A stretch of 64,000 nucleotides of DNA from Protoeuglena noctilucae (Eukaryota): contig OY253675.1 of assembly GCA_958009085.1 (NCBI GenBank), positions 248,001-312,000 on the forward strand, read 5' to 3'. Under the pieces are notes generated by a model, which was not told where the DNA came from, ran no database searches, and saw only the letters and a program-made list of their open reading frames with translations. Made by a program: the position numbers and the translations under genes. This document shows, piece by piece, positions 24,109 through 37,326 of this stretch (its first letter is position 1; every line of letters starts with the position of its first letter).

Positions 24109-27100
24109 TCACGCGAGCTGCATCTTGGCCAGGTTGGCATATGCGCCGTTCCTCGCCAGCAGTTGCCTGCGAAGGCAGAGAGCTTTGCCGCAACTCCAGG
24201 TCCATGCCAACGAGCGAGATGCACGGCCACATGCCGCATGCCCGCTCCGCAGCCCCGCCCCGCACCTGTGCGTGCCCTCCTCGACCATCACGCCGTCCTG
24301 CACGACGGCAATCTTGTCCGCGCCCACGATCGTGCTCAGCCGGTGCGCGATGACGATGGTGGTGCGCCCGCCGACCAGGCGGTCGATGGCGTCCTGCACG
24401 ACGCGCTCCGACTTGGTGTCGAGCGCCGACGTCGCCTCGTCCAGCAGCAGGATGCGCGGGTTGCGCAGCACGGCACGCGCGATGGCGATGCGCTGCTTCT
24501 GCCCGCCCGACAGCTGCGTGCCGCGCTCCCCGACCTCCGTGTCGAGGCCCTGGGGCTGCTGGCTGATGAACTCCTGCGCGCAGAAGCGACACGGCGACCT
24601 CAGCAGTCAGCTCCACGGCACAAAGCCCACCCTTGTGAGGAGACGTGCAAGTGTTCACTCATACCAACCCCTCACCCATGCGTTAGCGGCCTTGGCGGCG
24701 GCGATGGTCTCCTCCTCCGTCGCGTCCTCCCTGCCAAAGAGGATGTTCTGGCGGATGGTGGTGGCAAACAGCGTCGGCTCCTGCGGGGGCCGAGGAGCGC
24801 TCAGACGTGAGGTGCATCCATGCAGCCACGTGCGCACAGCCGCGTCTGCGGCCAAAAAAGGCCGTACCTGGGCCACCAGACCCATCTGCCGCCGCAGCCA
24901 GGCCAAGTTCAAATCCCTGATGTCCCTCCCGTCCAACATCACGCTCCCGTGGACCGGGTCGTAGAACCTGCGCATGGGCCAAGCAGGAAGGCGCTCCTTC
25001 TCTGCATCCGCACGTTCATATACTGCGAGATGCTCATCACGCGTTGCGGCAGAGTTGCTTCGCGAGCTTGCGACGCGCCCGCGTGCTCACCGCAGCACCA
25101 ACGCCACCACCGTCGACTTGCCGGACCCTGACTGGCCCACGATGGCAGTCTGCCGGCCGGCGGGGAAGACAAGGCTGAAGTTGTTGAACACCTTGACGTA
25201 CGGGCGGGTCGGGTAGCAGAAGTCCACGCCCCGCAGCTCCAGCACGCCCGCGACCTGCACCGACACAAGGCCTCATGTTCAATATCGCCAGCACAACTGA
25301 TAACGGCAATACATATTTGCGTATACAGTGACCAGTACATGGTCACTGTATGTAAAGGGTCAGGTTGGCACACGCATGCGCTCCAACACGCACCTGCTGC
25401 ATGGTGTCCCCATTGGGGTCGTAGGACTGGATGGGCGGCTGCCGGTCGATGGCGGAGAAGATGCGCTGGATGGCGCCGCGGCTCTTGCCCACGTCGGGGA
25501 AACCCAGCATGGCCTGCATGAGGCCCACGTTCCCCAGCAGCACGGCGAAGAAGGCCCGGAAGATGTGCTGCGGGTGCGAGTTGAAGGGTGAACGATTTGA
25601 ATGAACAATTTACATGAGCAAATGATGCAGTTGGTATGATAGCCAACACGTGTTAGATGCCCTACAGATGTATGAGGGTGGGCGAGGGCAGTTTGCTGCA
25701 AGCGCTCGCATCCCAAATCATCATCGGCCCCACTCACCAGGAGAGAGGTGTTGTCGCGCTCCATGATTTGCCCCGCCCACCACCAGCTCAATGCGTAAAA
25801 GAGAAACATGACCCCATTCGAGAAGGCCCAGGCCAGGGAGGCGAGGATGGACTTGCGCAGGGCCTGGGCGGTCGGGCCCGAGGCGTACCTGCGAGCGAGG
25901 CGAGGGCGGGGGTGCGTGTGTGGGGAGAGGCGGCGTAATGGGCGCGGAGCGACGATTTCCACCCGGGTGGAATTGTTTGCTGCTCCAGGTAGACGCGTGG
26001 CCTCGCGCAGTGCGACCAGCACGCAACGCGGTGCCGCACAGATGGCGTCACCTTTGGAACAAAGCCACGATGGCCCCGTCCAGCGAAAACCCGGCGATGA
26101 TGCCGATGTTGCCGAACGCGTCCATGGCCACGCTGTTGGCTTTGGCAAACATCTCCGAAGCGTCGTCGCCCAGGCCGGTCCTGCAGGCGATATCAAAGGA
26201 TAGTCCATGGAACTTGGATACCCATCGCAAAACAACAAGCCCAACTTTATGCAGAGAAAAGTCCGGGCCACGAGCGGTGCCAGGTGCCAATAGCAGCCGC
26301 GTATGCCTGCTAGCTATCGCTGCAACCGCTCCCCTACCCTGGCTCACCGCATGAACTTCCCGCGGACCATGTTGGCCGAGGCCATTACCGGCACGCAGGC
26401 GATCATGACCAGGGCCAGCTTCCAACTGAAGATCAGGGCCAGCGTCCAACTGGCACCCACGACCGTCAGGTTCTGCAGGATCAAACCGACCTGGTCGCCC
26501 ACCGCACCCTTGACGTACCCTGCGGAGAGAGCAATGGAAGAGTCTGGCTGTCACACTGTGTCTGGCTGACACAAGTCTGTGTCAGATCTGCTGACCGACA
26601 CTGGTGGCAGCAGCACTCATAGTGGCGCACGACTGCCCTGCGCTCAATCACCCGTGTCGCGGCCCAGCGAGGCCACCAGCGCCCCCGAGTTGTTCTCCGC
26701 GCGGTCGAAGAAGGCCACCTCCTGGCCCAGCACGGCCCTGCAATCAAATCAAGAGCATTCCACATACTTGCTCACGTCCGCTTGTGCAGCAGCCTGAGGC
26801 AGCCAACCAGCCCTCTTGCTCACTTGAAGTAGGCGAGCTTGAGGCGATAAGCGAGCTGCTGGCCCATGTAGAAGAACGAGCCCTGTTGGAGAGTGACGCT
26901 CGTGATGCCGATCTGCAAGACACAAGAGGGCGTCGGAGTCAGGACAGCCAATTCTAGGCTTACGTGCGGCGAAGTGGCCAGGCAGCGACGGACACAAAGT
27001 TGTGTGGGTACTGTGCAACCACGACGCGGGGCGCAGCGATCAAATCACGTTAATTGAATGTTGCACAGCCGTGACAAAGCACGCACCAGGGCGAGGACGA

Positions 27101-30100
27101 ACATGACCAGGGCCCAGTGCTGGGACCGCGTCCGCACAACGTGAGGGTCCCGCGCGAAGAGGTCCGTGAGCACGGAGCTGAGCATGTAGGACATCGCCGG
27201 CATCATTGACCCGGCCGCAAAGGTGAAGACGACACCAGTCAAAAAGACGGGGATCTCGGGGCGGTTCATGGCCAGGAGACGCCTGCGAGCGAAAGGTGTA
27301 CTCTGTTACTCGTACTCCGGTGCGTCGCGGATTGAGAGCTTGCGAAAAGCGAGGCATCCACCTGAACGACACGTGAACCGGCTTGTCCTTCTCAACCCCC
27401 ATGTCCTTCTCCGACATGTTCTTGTCCTCTACATCCCCTGCAGCGTTGTGAAGAAAGCAGCGCATGATAGCAACAGGTGCAGCGCGGCGTCGGGAGCAGC
27501 ACCTCGGCAAACATGTCGATGCACACCTGCCGTCCTCTGGCGACCTGTGATGGTCTTCTCTCCACCATTGACGCTGGCATTGAAGAAGAAAGAGCCACCC
27601 TGCGCAACCGAAGAGGGCGAGACCTGGTGCAAGACATGGTGTGGCTGTGCACGTTTTTGTGCTGCAGCAGCGCGGTTACATAGGATGCAATATTTCGTCG
27701 CGCTGTCCCGACCCACACCTGCGACTTCTTCTTCGCCTCCTCCTCCGCCTTCTTCTGCAGCGCCACCAGCTCCCCGTACACCGACCCGTACGTCCCCGCC
27801 AGCTCCTCGTGCGTGCCCTCCTCCACCAGCCGCCCCTCTTGCATCACCGCGATCTTGTCCGCGTTCTTGATCGTGCTGCGGACGAGCAGAGCGACGGCGG
27901 ACCCCGGTCGCGCCAGGCAACCTCGAGTGAGGGCTGTGACCGAGCGCTGGTAGCCGCTGCTCCCGCCCCTGCTCGCCTCAGCCGGTGCGCGATGACGAGG
28001 GTCGTGCGTCCGGACGTCATCAGCTGCTCCAGCGCCTCCTGCACTTGCCGCTCCGACTTGGTGTCAAGCGCCGACGTCGCCTCGTCCAGCAGAAGGATGG
28101 GCGGGTTGCGCAGCACGGCGCGCGCGATGGCGATGCGCTGCTTCTGCCCGCCCGACAGCTGCGTCCCGCGCTCCCCGACCTGTGCAGATGCGCGCAAAGG
28201 TGCCACTGAAGCCCCGTCCACGCTTGCCGCCACCCGCACCATCTATGCACATCTCCTCCACCCTCCCACCCAGCTCACCTGCGTGTCGTACCCATCCGGC
28301 AGCTTCATGATGAAGTCGTGCGCGTTCGCCGCCTTAGCTGCCTCCTCCACCTGCTGCTGCGACGCGCCCTCCCGGCCATACATGATGTTCTCGCGGATGG
28401 TGGTCGCGAAAAGCGCCGGCTCCTGCGCCACCAGACCCATCTGCGCAGGGCGAGGGCGGCCGACGTCTGTCACGCTTCCGCCACACCCAATGCTGCACAT
28501 GCCGAGCACAGCACAGCACCGTGCCACTCGCCACCCAGCCCAGCACTGCCACGCCCCACCCGCCGCCCCGTCGGCTCGCCTGCGACCTCAGCCACCGCAG
28601 CTGCAGGTTCCGGATGTCCACGCCGTCCAGGTACACCCCGCCGTCCAGCACGTCGTACCACCGCATGACGAGCGCCACCACGGTCGACTTGCCGCTGCCA
28701 CTGCTGCCCACCAGGGCCAGCGTCTTGCCTGGCTCCGCATGCAGGTTCAGTGAGTCGAACACCCGGACGTCCGGACGGGCGGGATAACGGAACACGACGT
28801 TCCTGAAGTCAATCTCGCCTTGAATGCGAGAGAGCGTGTCACCAGGCGCGTCAGGGTCAATCGCCATCTTCCTGCACAGCCACAGCCAGACCAGTCCTTG
28901 GGTCTGATTCGATTGACATTGATGTACATTGATGTAAGTGGCGGTGGGTCCTTGAGCCCTTCCCAAAAGCCCCACTGGAGGGGCCCAGGTAACGCTGGTA
29001 ATGCTGTGCCACGCCGCCCGCCCCCGCTCGCCTGTCAATGATGCGGAAAATGCGCGTCCCGGAGATCTGGGCGTTCTTGAAGTACCGCAGGTATGGCGCT
29101 GCGTGGCCCAGCGACATCCTGCGCACACGACGAGGGAGCGGGTGATATGGCACGTCCACGCCGTGCTGAACAGTGCATTCACTCGCACCAGGCACCGCCC
29201 CGCGTCGCACCCGCCGAACATGGCGGCCATCATGCAGTTGATGACATCTCCTCCGGTCCTCTTGCCCTCTGAAACCAGGATGCCTGCGTGTGAGGGGTCA
29301 CACCCAGATCGGCACGTTGAAAACACGGGCACGATCTTCCCTCATCAACGGCCCCTTGCTGCGTGACGCACTCACCTCCCCAGTAGAAGGTGAGAGCGTA
29401 GGTACTGAAGATGCTGCGGGAAGGGTTGAGGGGAGCCGGTGGCGACGGTTGTGCAACCGTACCAGACAGCGAGCGCCGCACAATCCTGCTCCGATGCACC
29501 CGGGAATGCAAGTGCAAGCGCCTTGGCTCACTCACCAGAACTGGAAAATGCCGATCGCCAGACCTGCGGACGACCGCAGCAACAGCAGCAGTTAGCACCT
29601 ATCATTCCAAATGCTGGAGGAGCCCCTGACAGTTGCGCGCTCCACAAGTTGCGGCTGCGGCAACGCTTGCGAGCCCGCCACACAGCGCCGCGCCCTCACC
29701 GTCGACCAGGCTTAAGATGGGCACGATGCGCTTGACGCTGGAGAGCAGGCGACTGTAGGTGGTGTGCTGCACGCCCTCGCCCCCGTACGCTGCCACGACG
29801 CGGATGTTAGAGAAGGACTCCTGGGCCACCCCGTTCGCACCCGCGTAGGCCTTCTCGGTACTGTTGCGCAGCCACTGCATGCCCTTGGCGGACAGCAGCC
29901 CCGCCAAGACGAGGGCCGGGAAGGAGGCGATGAGGACGACGAAGATATCCCAGGCGCGCCAGAAACCGATGACCACGGCCGCCACAGCGCCCGAGACGTT
30001 GTGGATGAACGTGGCGATCTTGTCGCCCATGCCCTCCTGGATGCCAGCTGCGGGGGGTGTCAGAGAAAGTCAACTTGATCTGCTCATCGCGGTACGCTTG

Positions 30101-31068
30101 GTCCCATTCTATTTGGGGCTGACAAGACGATGCTCGCTCTAGGCTAGCTTGGCAAGGGCTGAGAGGGTTGAGAGGGCTGAGAGACCTGCAGCTGCACGTG
30201 CATTCGCCCTCTCCAAGCCTGGCAAGCACTGAGAGAGGGCTGTCTCACCCGTGTCCTCGTTGAGCGTCTCGATGAGCCCGCCCGAGGTCGCCTGGGTGTC
30301 AAAGAAGCCCACCTCCTGGCGCATCACGGCCTTGAGGTACTTCTCGCGGATGATGTTGCTCTGGCGGATGCCCTGAAGTGGTACACACGAGGCGAGGGGT
30401 GCGAGTGGCAGTGGCTGTGATGGCAGTGACGGTGGCGAGTGCAGCAAGCACAGTCGGGACGATGTGCGGCATCGGCAGCGGCAGCACGGGGGAGGTTCCA
30501 GTTGCGCACGGTGGCTAATGCAATAGCACGGAGCCTCACCAGCACCATCCAGCAGTAGATCTCGATGCCGTTTGTCACGGCCGCCACGACGGCGAGGATG
30601 ACGAACCAGATGATGAGCGAGTAGAGCTCCTTCACCAGCTCGTGCGTCGACGTGGCTTGCCCGAACGTGTTGATCACCCGCCCGAGGATGATTGTAAAGA
30701 CGGGCATGGACGCGCCCCCCGCCATGGCGCCAAGTGTTCCCACGATGACGAGAAACCAGTCCAGCGGCCGGCAGTAGCGGTACAGCGTCCAGTACGATAA
30801 TAACGACGCCGGCTCGGGGACCCGCCGCGGTGACTTGTCGTCCTTCCGCCCGTCATCGTGTGCGTGGGTGTTTTCGGAGCCCGCCGTCTGCGGGGAAAGG
30901 ATGGTGCGCGTCGGAAGAGCAGGCAAGGGCGGGGTCACACGAGCGTGCCACTGCAAAGCGAGCGTGCCACTGCAAAAGAGCGCGTCTTGCGACCCACCTC
31001 CGACCCCGGCAGCTGTTTTCCGTTCTCCCGGCCGGCATGGGGCCCCACCGCTCCTTTGCCGGCCCCCT
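24109..31068 (-). CDS. Full-length ABCB-family (MDR/P-glycoprotein) transporter, copy 2 (tandem paralog); first exon lies upstream, start uncertain (possibly ATG at 31277)
   Basis: Same domain order and motifs as copy 1 ([34 protein letters not shown] twice, DEATSALD twice). Ends [16 protein letters not shown] at 24109. No frameshift or premature stop noticed in the exons read. Confidence 0.92.
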
Positions 31069-31617
31069 GCGCGGCAAGTGAGGTTTACGTAACAGTTGGG
31101 ACGTCAGGAGCCCGCTGAGAGCGTGAAGAAGCACAGCGAGCCGAGCATCGCGCGCCGACATGAACGAACAAGGGATGTCGGGCTCGCTTTTTGTCAGGGA
31201 GCGCTTCATAAGGCCAAAACCGCGGGTGCTGAGTTGGACAGCTCTCGCGCTCGCCAAGTTACCCCACCGCAGCGCATCTCACTTGTTTCCCACCCCTCCA
31301 CATGATATGAGGACCAACTTCCGCAGCGGGGGATGGCGAGCGCGGGGGGCGCAGCGCTGGTGGTGCAGGAGGGGCGCCAAACCGAACTTCGACGCGTCTC
31401 TCTTTGAACAGAGTTCAGTGACAAGGGAAACAGAACTGTGTTGTGTCGCATTCAAGTGAAAGCGGGGCACCTGCGCCGACAGCCAAAAAGCAAGGAATTC
31501 TGTGTTGCAGCACACACCAGAACACGCACCAAGCCGGCGTCTCCGCGCCTTTTAGGCTGCAGGATCAGACGCTGCAAGAGAGATAGAGAGAGAGTATGTA
31601 GGGCGCCCGGATGCGCG

Positions 31618-33794
31618 TCACGCCCGCGTCGCCTTGGGCCGCATGTACGAGCTCGACCACGGCCCGCCGTCCTTGGCGTAATAGTCCATCGGGTAAGGCG
31701 CCGACGCTTCCTGCGTGGAAAGCAAAACGCGAAAATTCACGTGCGGTTGATATTTGTGTTCCAGAGAATCTGCATGGTGCCTTTGAACCCGAGCGCACGA
31801 GTGGCAGAGCATCATGTCACCTCGTCTGCTCCCTCCCACCACGCCTCGACGGCCCCCAACGCCACCATGGCCTCGAACGGCGTGAGCGTCGGTATGGAGA
31901 ATCCCTCGCCCCAGTCGATCGACAGCCGCGGGCACGCCACCTGCACCCACGCCTCGACCCCAGACAAGCGCGCCAGTCGCTCAGGCGACACTTCCGATAT
32001 CAACACCGTCACGGGGTCCACCCCAAGGGCCCGGAACCGCTCCCGCAAGGCCTCCACCACGTGCGGGCTGCCCTGCCGCCCCAGCGTCCCCATCACCAGC
32101 CCCTGCGAGCGTCGCACTTCGCCGACAGTGACAAAGCCACATCTCTGGATGTCATCACCCTGTGACATTCCCCCCCTGAGGCCAGCCAAGCGGACATTCA
32201 CCGGCAAGCTGAATACATGATACAGATTCCTGCGTTGCGGCCGGCTGTACACGCACCCACGTCTTGGCTCCCCTGGCGCGCTCGACCATCTGACGACGCA
32301 CGCGCCGCATGCCGCCCTGGTCGTAGCCCTCCCGCGTGAGCACGCGCACGTACGGGTCGTAGCGGAAGGCCGGGACGCCCGGGTTGGCGATCATCAGGGC
32401 CTCCAAGTGAAAGCGCCCGTCTGCTAGAAATACGGCCGCGTCCACCGGACCCGCCAGCACGGGCGCTGCGGGGGTCCCGGCACAGGCACTTGAAGTTGAT
32501 TGACAAGGACTGCTATTGGTTCGAGTAGAGCCACGGCACGCGTTAAGACAACGCCCGGGCGTCCACGTCAACATCGACACGGGGCGGACGTCGCGATGCT
32601 TGGACTTCGCAGCTTGGGTGGCGGCCCTGCCAGCGCAGCCGGGAATGGTCAAAGTATGTTGTAAACTTCTCGCCTGTGCAACCGAGGACCTCCCCTGGGC
32701 TCAGGGGCTTGGCCTGGGGCATGATGATGGATGGGTAGTCCTTGGCCAGCTCACGCTTGGCCGCATGCAGGCTGGACGCGAACTGGATCGTGCCCGCCAG
32801 GGCCAGACGCGTCCCGGGCTCGAAGTTGTGCCGCACGGTCGCCAGGAAATGGTCCAAGTCAATCTGCAGGTGCCCACACAACACGTTTGGCGCTCTCACG
32901 TACAGGTCTGGGTTATGATATATCCGCAGTCCCTGGCGTGTATTGGTCAGGCCGCACGCAACGCAGCGCTGTGCGGTCATGCAATGCGCGCTCCCTCACC
33001 TGGATGTCCACGAAAACGTACATGCAAGGGACGCGCGTGACGTCGACCGGCACGAGGCAGCTGTGGCCGTAGTGGACGAGAAACTCGGCCCCGAGCGCCT
33101 CCGCGCTGAAATCATCCACGCAACAGGCGCCTGCGGGCGCGCGCGGCGGTTTGCGCGTGGCGAGCCGCCCTCGCTTTCGCAGCGAGAGCCGAATGGGCCG
33201 GCGCGACCCGCACCGTACGTCACGTCGCCGAGCACGATGGTGTGCTCCACCGGCGTGAAGGCCTCAAGGATATCCGCAATCATCAGCGCGTACATCTGCA
33301 GCCCTTCGGGAAATTGGAGGGCCACCGTCTTGACGCCCGCTTGCTTGAGGCGCCACACCGTCTTGTAGATCTCGAAATTGTAGTTCTTCGGCAGCACTGG
33401 AGGAAAGATAGAGATATCGAATGTTCCCGGTGTCGAGGCAGCGCGCCGGAGGCTTTCCGGGGCCGCAGCAAGTGCGCACCGGAGGCTGCCTTGTTGAGCA
33501 GCGGGTCGTGCAGCACTTCGTCCGGTATTTGCTGCCGGACAACCCTCGAGGCATGAGCTCTTGGAGCAGCCGGGACGATAGAGCCGCTGGTGCTCGGGGG
33601 ATTCTGCGGGCGGCCGTCACGGGTCCCATCCCAAACGCTGCCCCACGCAGGCGCCGGCTGCGCTGCGGACCCAGCAACCACGGCACCTCGTTTCCTTCCA
33701 CAGCTCTCCTGCCGACGAAGCGTCTCGGCTGCGGCGGGGCCTCCTCCGCGGGCCCCTGCACCCGCCCTGCGCTGCTGGCAGTCTCGGCGGACAT
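31618..33794 (-). CDS. DPH1: Diphthamide biosynthesis protein 1 (2-(3-amino-3-carboxypropyl)histidine synthase subunit 1)
   Basis: [133 protein letters not shown]. Confidence 0.96.
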
Positions 33795-34038
33795 CGCGTG
33801 AGCTTGCGCCGCTGCTAGCTCGTCGCCCGTAAGTGTACTAGAAGGGTTTGCGAAAGCAGCATCTCACGGCGCTTGCTATCGCTGTTCAATCGCACGCCAG
33901 CTGAGTCGCTGAGTCACTCTGCCAGACTAGCTATGTGCCGAGGGTGGCGCCCAGCCCTCCCTTACTCCCTCATCCACTCCTTCCCCCCGCCCTTCGCTCC
34001 CCTCATCATCCTCCCACCCTGCCGCCGCCGAACCCGCC

Positions 34039-37000
34039 TCACCCCACCGCCGCGACCGTGTCACCGTCCTCCTCTGCTAGAATGTCCTCTGCCATTTTCG
34101 CATACGACACGTCCCGCCACCGGCCCGCCGTCCCCGGGGCGGATTCAGATGGCGGCATGCCCAGCTCCTCTCGGGCCATGCGCAACAGGTCCGCCATCCG
34201 CTCCCCGCCCACCGCACCACCGGTCGGCTCGCTCGCCTGCAGCACCCTGCGTGGATGGAACAGTCCCTGCGTTCCGTCACGAGCGGTGTTCCTCGCCGCG
34301 GCTCGCTCTCAACTGTTACCTTGTTAGCACAGCGCAGCCCACCCAGTTGGTAGCATAACTGCACCATGCACCCGCCTGTCGCCAGCAGCGCAACCCACTC
34401 CACCGCCATTCATCGTTCTCCACCTCTATCAATATGACACTCGCCTCAGCCGCGCGTCGATCTCCTTCTCCCGCGCCCTCTCCTCCCTTTCCACCCGCTG
34501 CGCCCTCAGCCAATCCTCTTGGTCCCTCCCACCCACACTCCCACCCCCCGCTCCCCTCCCCGACCCCTCCGACGCCGCCGCATCAGCTACTGACCCCGCG
34601 GCAGTCCTGGACCGCCCGCTGGGCGCGCGCAGGTTCGATTCCCACGCGTGCGGCCCTGCGCCGCGATCGCTTGGCGTTTGACCTGCACCTGCGCAGCCAG
34701 CGCCGGGATGAGATACCCCCATACGGTCAGCCAATGACAGCAGCACACGTCTTGATGGTCGGCAAAAGCGAATAGGCCATGCACGATCTCTCACCTGCCC
34801 CCTTATCCGGGCGCTCCTCAGCTATGGGCGTCATGGGCGGCATGGACGGCGCCTTGGCGGCAACGCTGTGGGCGTCGGTCTGTCGTGCTGACACATGGTC
34901 CCCCCGCTGCCTGGCCAGCTGCGGGCGCGTCGCAGGACAATCGCATGCAATTAACGAGAGTGCGCTCGGCCTCGACCAAGGTCTGGGACTCAGTGGCCAC
35001 GGGTGCGCGTGCGAGCAACGGAGTCGCGTCACGCCCCGCGCATCTGTCGCATCATTCACCTCTGCGAGCTTGCGGTCGATGTCGAGGACGGAGCGGTGCG
35101 AGGAGGCGACGGAGGCGGCGTCGTCCGTGACGGCCGCGTCCGCGCCCTCGAGGTCAAAGGGGTTCATCAGCATCGCCTCCAGCTGCAGTAAAGGAGTGGT
35201 GGAGTGAGGGATGAGCTGAGAGACGAGCGGGTTTGCGGCTGTGACGGCGACTGCATGCTACGCCTGGCCTTTATCTGCGAACGCCCACTGTCACCACCTC
35301 GTCACCCATCGCCAGCGTCCAACCCACGTCGCCCCTCCCTCACCTCCTCGTCATCCAATGCTAGCAGCCGGTCCACCAGGTCCTCCTCCTCAGGACGCAG
35401 GCTGTTGCGGCCCGCGCTCGTCGCCGTCACCCGCGACATCCCCGTCAGACCCGTCACGTCCGACACGTCGTCTGGTGCGTCAGCCTCCCCGCCCGCGCCG
35501 CCCTCGCCCAGCACGCGCTGCAGGAGGCATGGTACGTAAAGGGTGAGCTGCTTGCATGGATGCGTGCGAGCATCATGCCAGGTCTCACCTGCAGCTGCAC
35601 CTGTGCTTCCCCCATGCCCCTCAGCCCTCACCTGCAGCTGCGCTTCCCGTACCCGCCGCCTCCTCTCCCGGCGAAGGCGACGGAGCACCGTCTCCCGTCG
35701 TCGCCTGGCCCGCTCTGCCGCCGCCGCCTCGTGCTGCGGTCAAAACCCATGCGCAAGTCAGTACCGTATCAATACCGTGCATCGATACGGCACCATAACG
35801 AAGGTGCTCAGTTGTCTTGTCGTTCACCTTTTGTGGAAAGGTCTCCACGTCCACCCTCTCCTGCTCGCTCTGCTTTTTCTTCAGCACACGGTCCAGTTCC
35901 ATGACCCGCTTGTACCCTTCCCTGTGAGATGCGGGAGCGGCAGAGACTGACAGGTGAGTCACTTACGCCGACGCCCCTTGTCCGGTCAGTCACGCACAGA
36001 GCCTGTCTTGACACGCTCATTTGGGTAGCTCAACGGGAGGGCTTTATCCATGCACACGCCACGCTCACCGGACGCGCTCCTCCGGGTGGTTGAGGAAGGG
36101 GTTGAAGTAGGCCTCCACGTCGTCGCTGTCGACGCTGCGGTCGTCGTCGTCGTCCGACGCGAGGCCGATGTCCTCCAGTTTCGTGGCCATGATGCTGGCC
36201 ACCATCCTGCGCCGCAGGGGGCGAAGGCGACACTTTCGTTGCTCCCTATGCTGGAGTCGGTCGAGCGTGACACCTCAGCCACAATCCATGCTGCACTCTT
36301 GTCTTGTTATACCTCATGGATGCTCATAACGTTTGGTGATGACCCATACCGCTCGCTTGGTCAGCATCAGCGCATTGCGCGTTTCCTGCGTCGCCCTCAC
36401 CGGCTGAAGTCCGCGGCCGTCAGCTCGCCCCTGCCTCGCTCCGCAGGCAGCGACTCTTGCACCTGCGTGACGTACTCCCGCAGCTCCCCGCGAAGCGACT
36501 CTTGCCGGCGCTCCATCTCCGACAGCAGCGTCCAACCCCGCCTGCAAGAAACGGTGCATAGGAACAAGGGATGATATGAACAAGGTTAATGCGCTGCGCT
36601 TGGCACTCCCACGGGTGTCTCCTAGGACGTGGCGCTCTTACCTGGAACCAGACCCGGCCGCCTCGCGCATTGCAGGCGCGTCGCCTTTGCCCGCACTAGG
36701 GCCCTGAGTCAGGAAGGGACTGGGTCCGGCAGAAGGGCCCTCGTCCTCTCCGCTCGAAGACGCGAGGGCGTCGGCCAGCTCCACACCGACGTCACGCAGG
36801 CGCTGGCGGAGCTCCTCGGCCCCCATGTCGTCCGCCGCAGCGGGTCTCGCCGGGGCGCGGGGCACGTCGGGTCGGCGCGAGACCTGAAGGATGAGGCTGG
36901 GAGGTTGCGCTTGCTGCGGGGCGCCGCGGCGCGTGCGAATTCCGGCGCACAAGCTTGCCACGTCAGTTTGCCTCACCGCCGGGTCCGCGCCGCGGGTGCG

Positions 37001-37326
37001 GGGCCCCGCATCGGTGCCAGGGAGGCCGTCCACGTCCACGAGACCCGACATCGCGGTTTGGGAGGGCCGTTTCTGATTTGCCGAGTGATCGGCAGATCGG
37101 GTTGTTGCAGTTCCGCTCAACGAGCGCTTGGGCTGCTCCCGGCTGCCGGACAGGGGCCGCGGGGTGTAATCGCTGCGGAGAAAGGGCACCGGACGCGCGT
37201 CGTCGCGGCACCTGGATTGTCGACGCCCTCCTCGATGCGGATGGCATGCTGCAGGCATGCTGCAAGCATGGTCCGCTGCCCGCGAGTCGAGAGCAAGACG
37301 TTCGCCCACCTGGTAGGCATGGCCAT
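34039..37326 (-). CDS. Coiled-coil protein, possibly FSIP1 (fibrous sheath-interacting protein 1)-like; start uncertain
   Basis: Spliced segments REGYKRVMELDRVLKKKQSE, NSLRPEEEDLVDRLLALDDEE|LEAMLMNPF, SVLDIDRKLAE, DWLRAQRVEREERAREKEIDARLRR and RMADLLRMAREELG. The motif order recalls the FSIP1 domain (from memory). Confidence 0.5.

Noticed and set aside
24109..31068. ABCB copy 2 as a pseudogene or an assembly-duplicated haplotype
   Set aside because: The TMD exons are strongly diverged with different intron positions and intact frames, so it is a real paralog.
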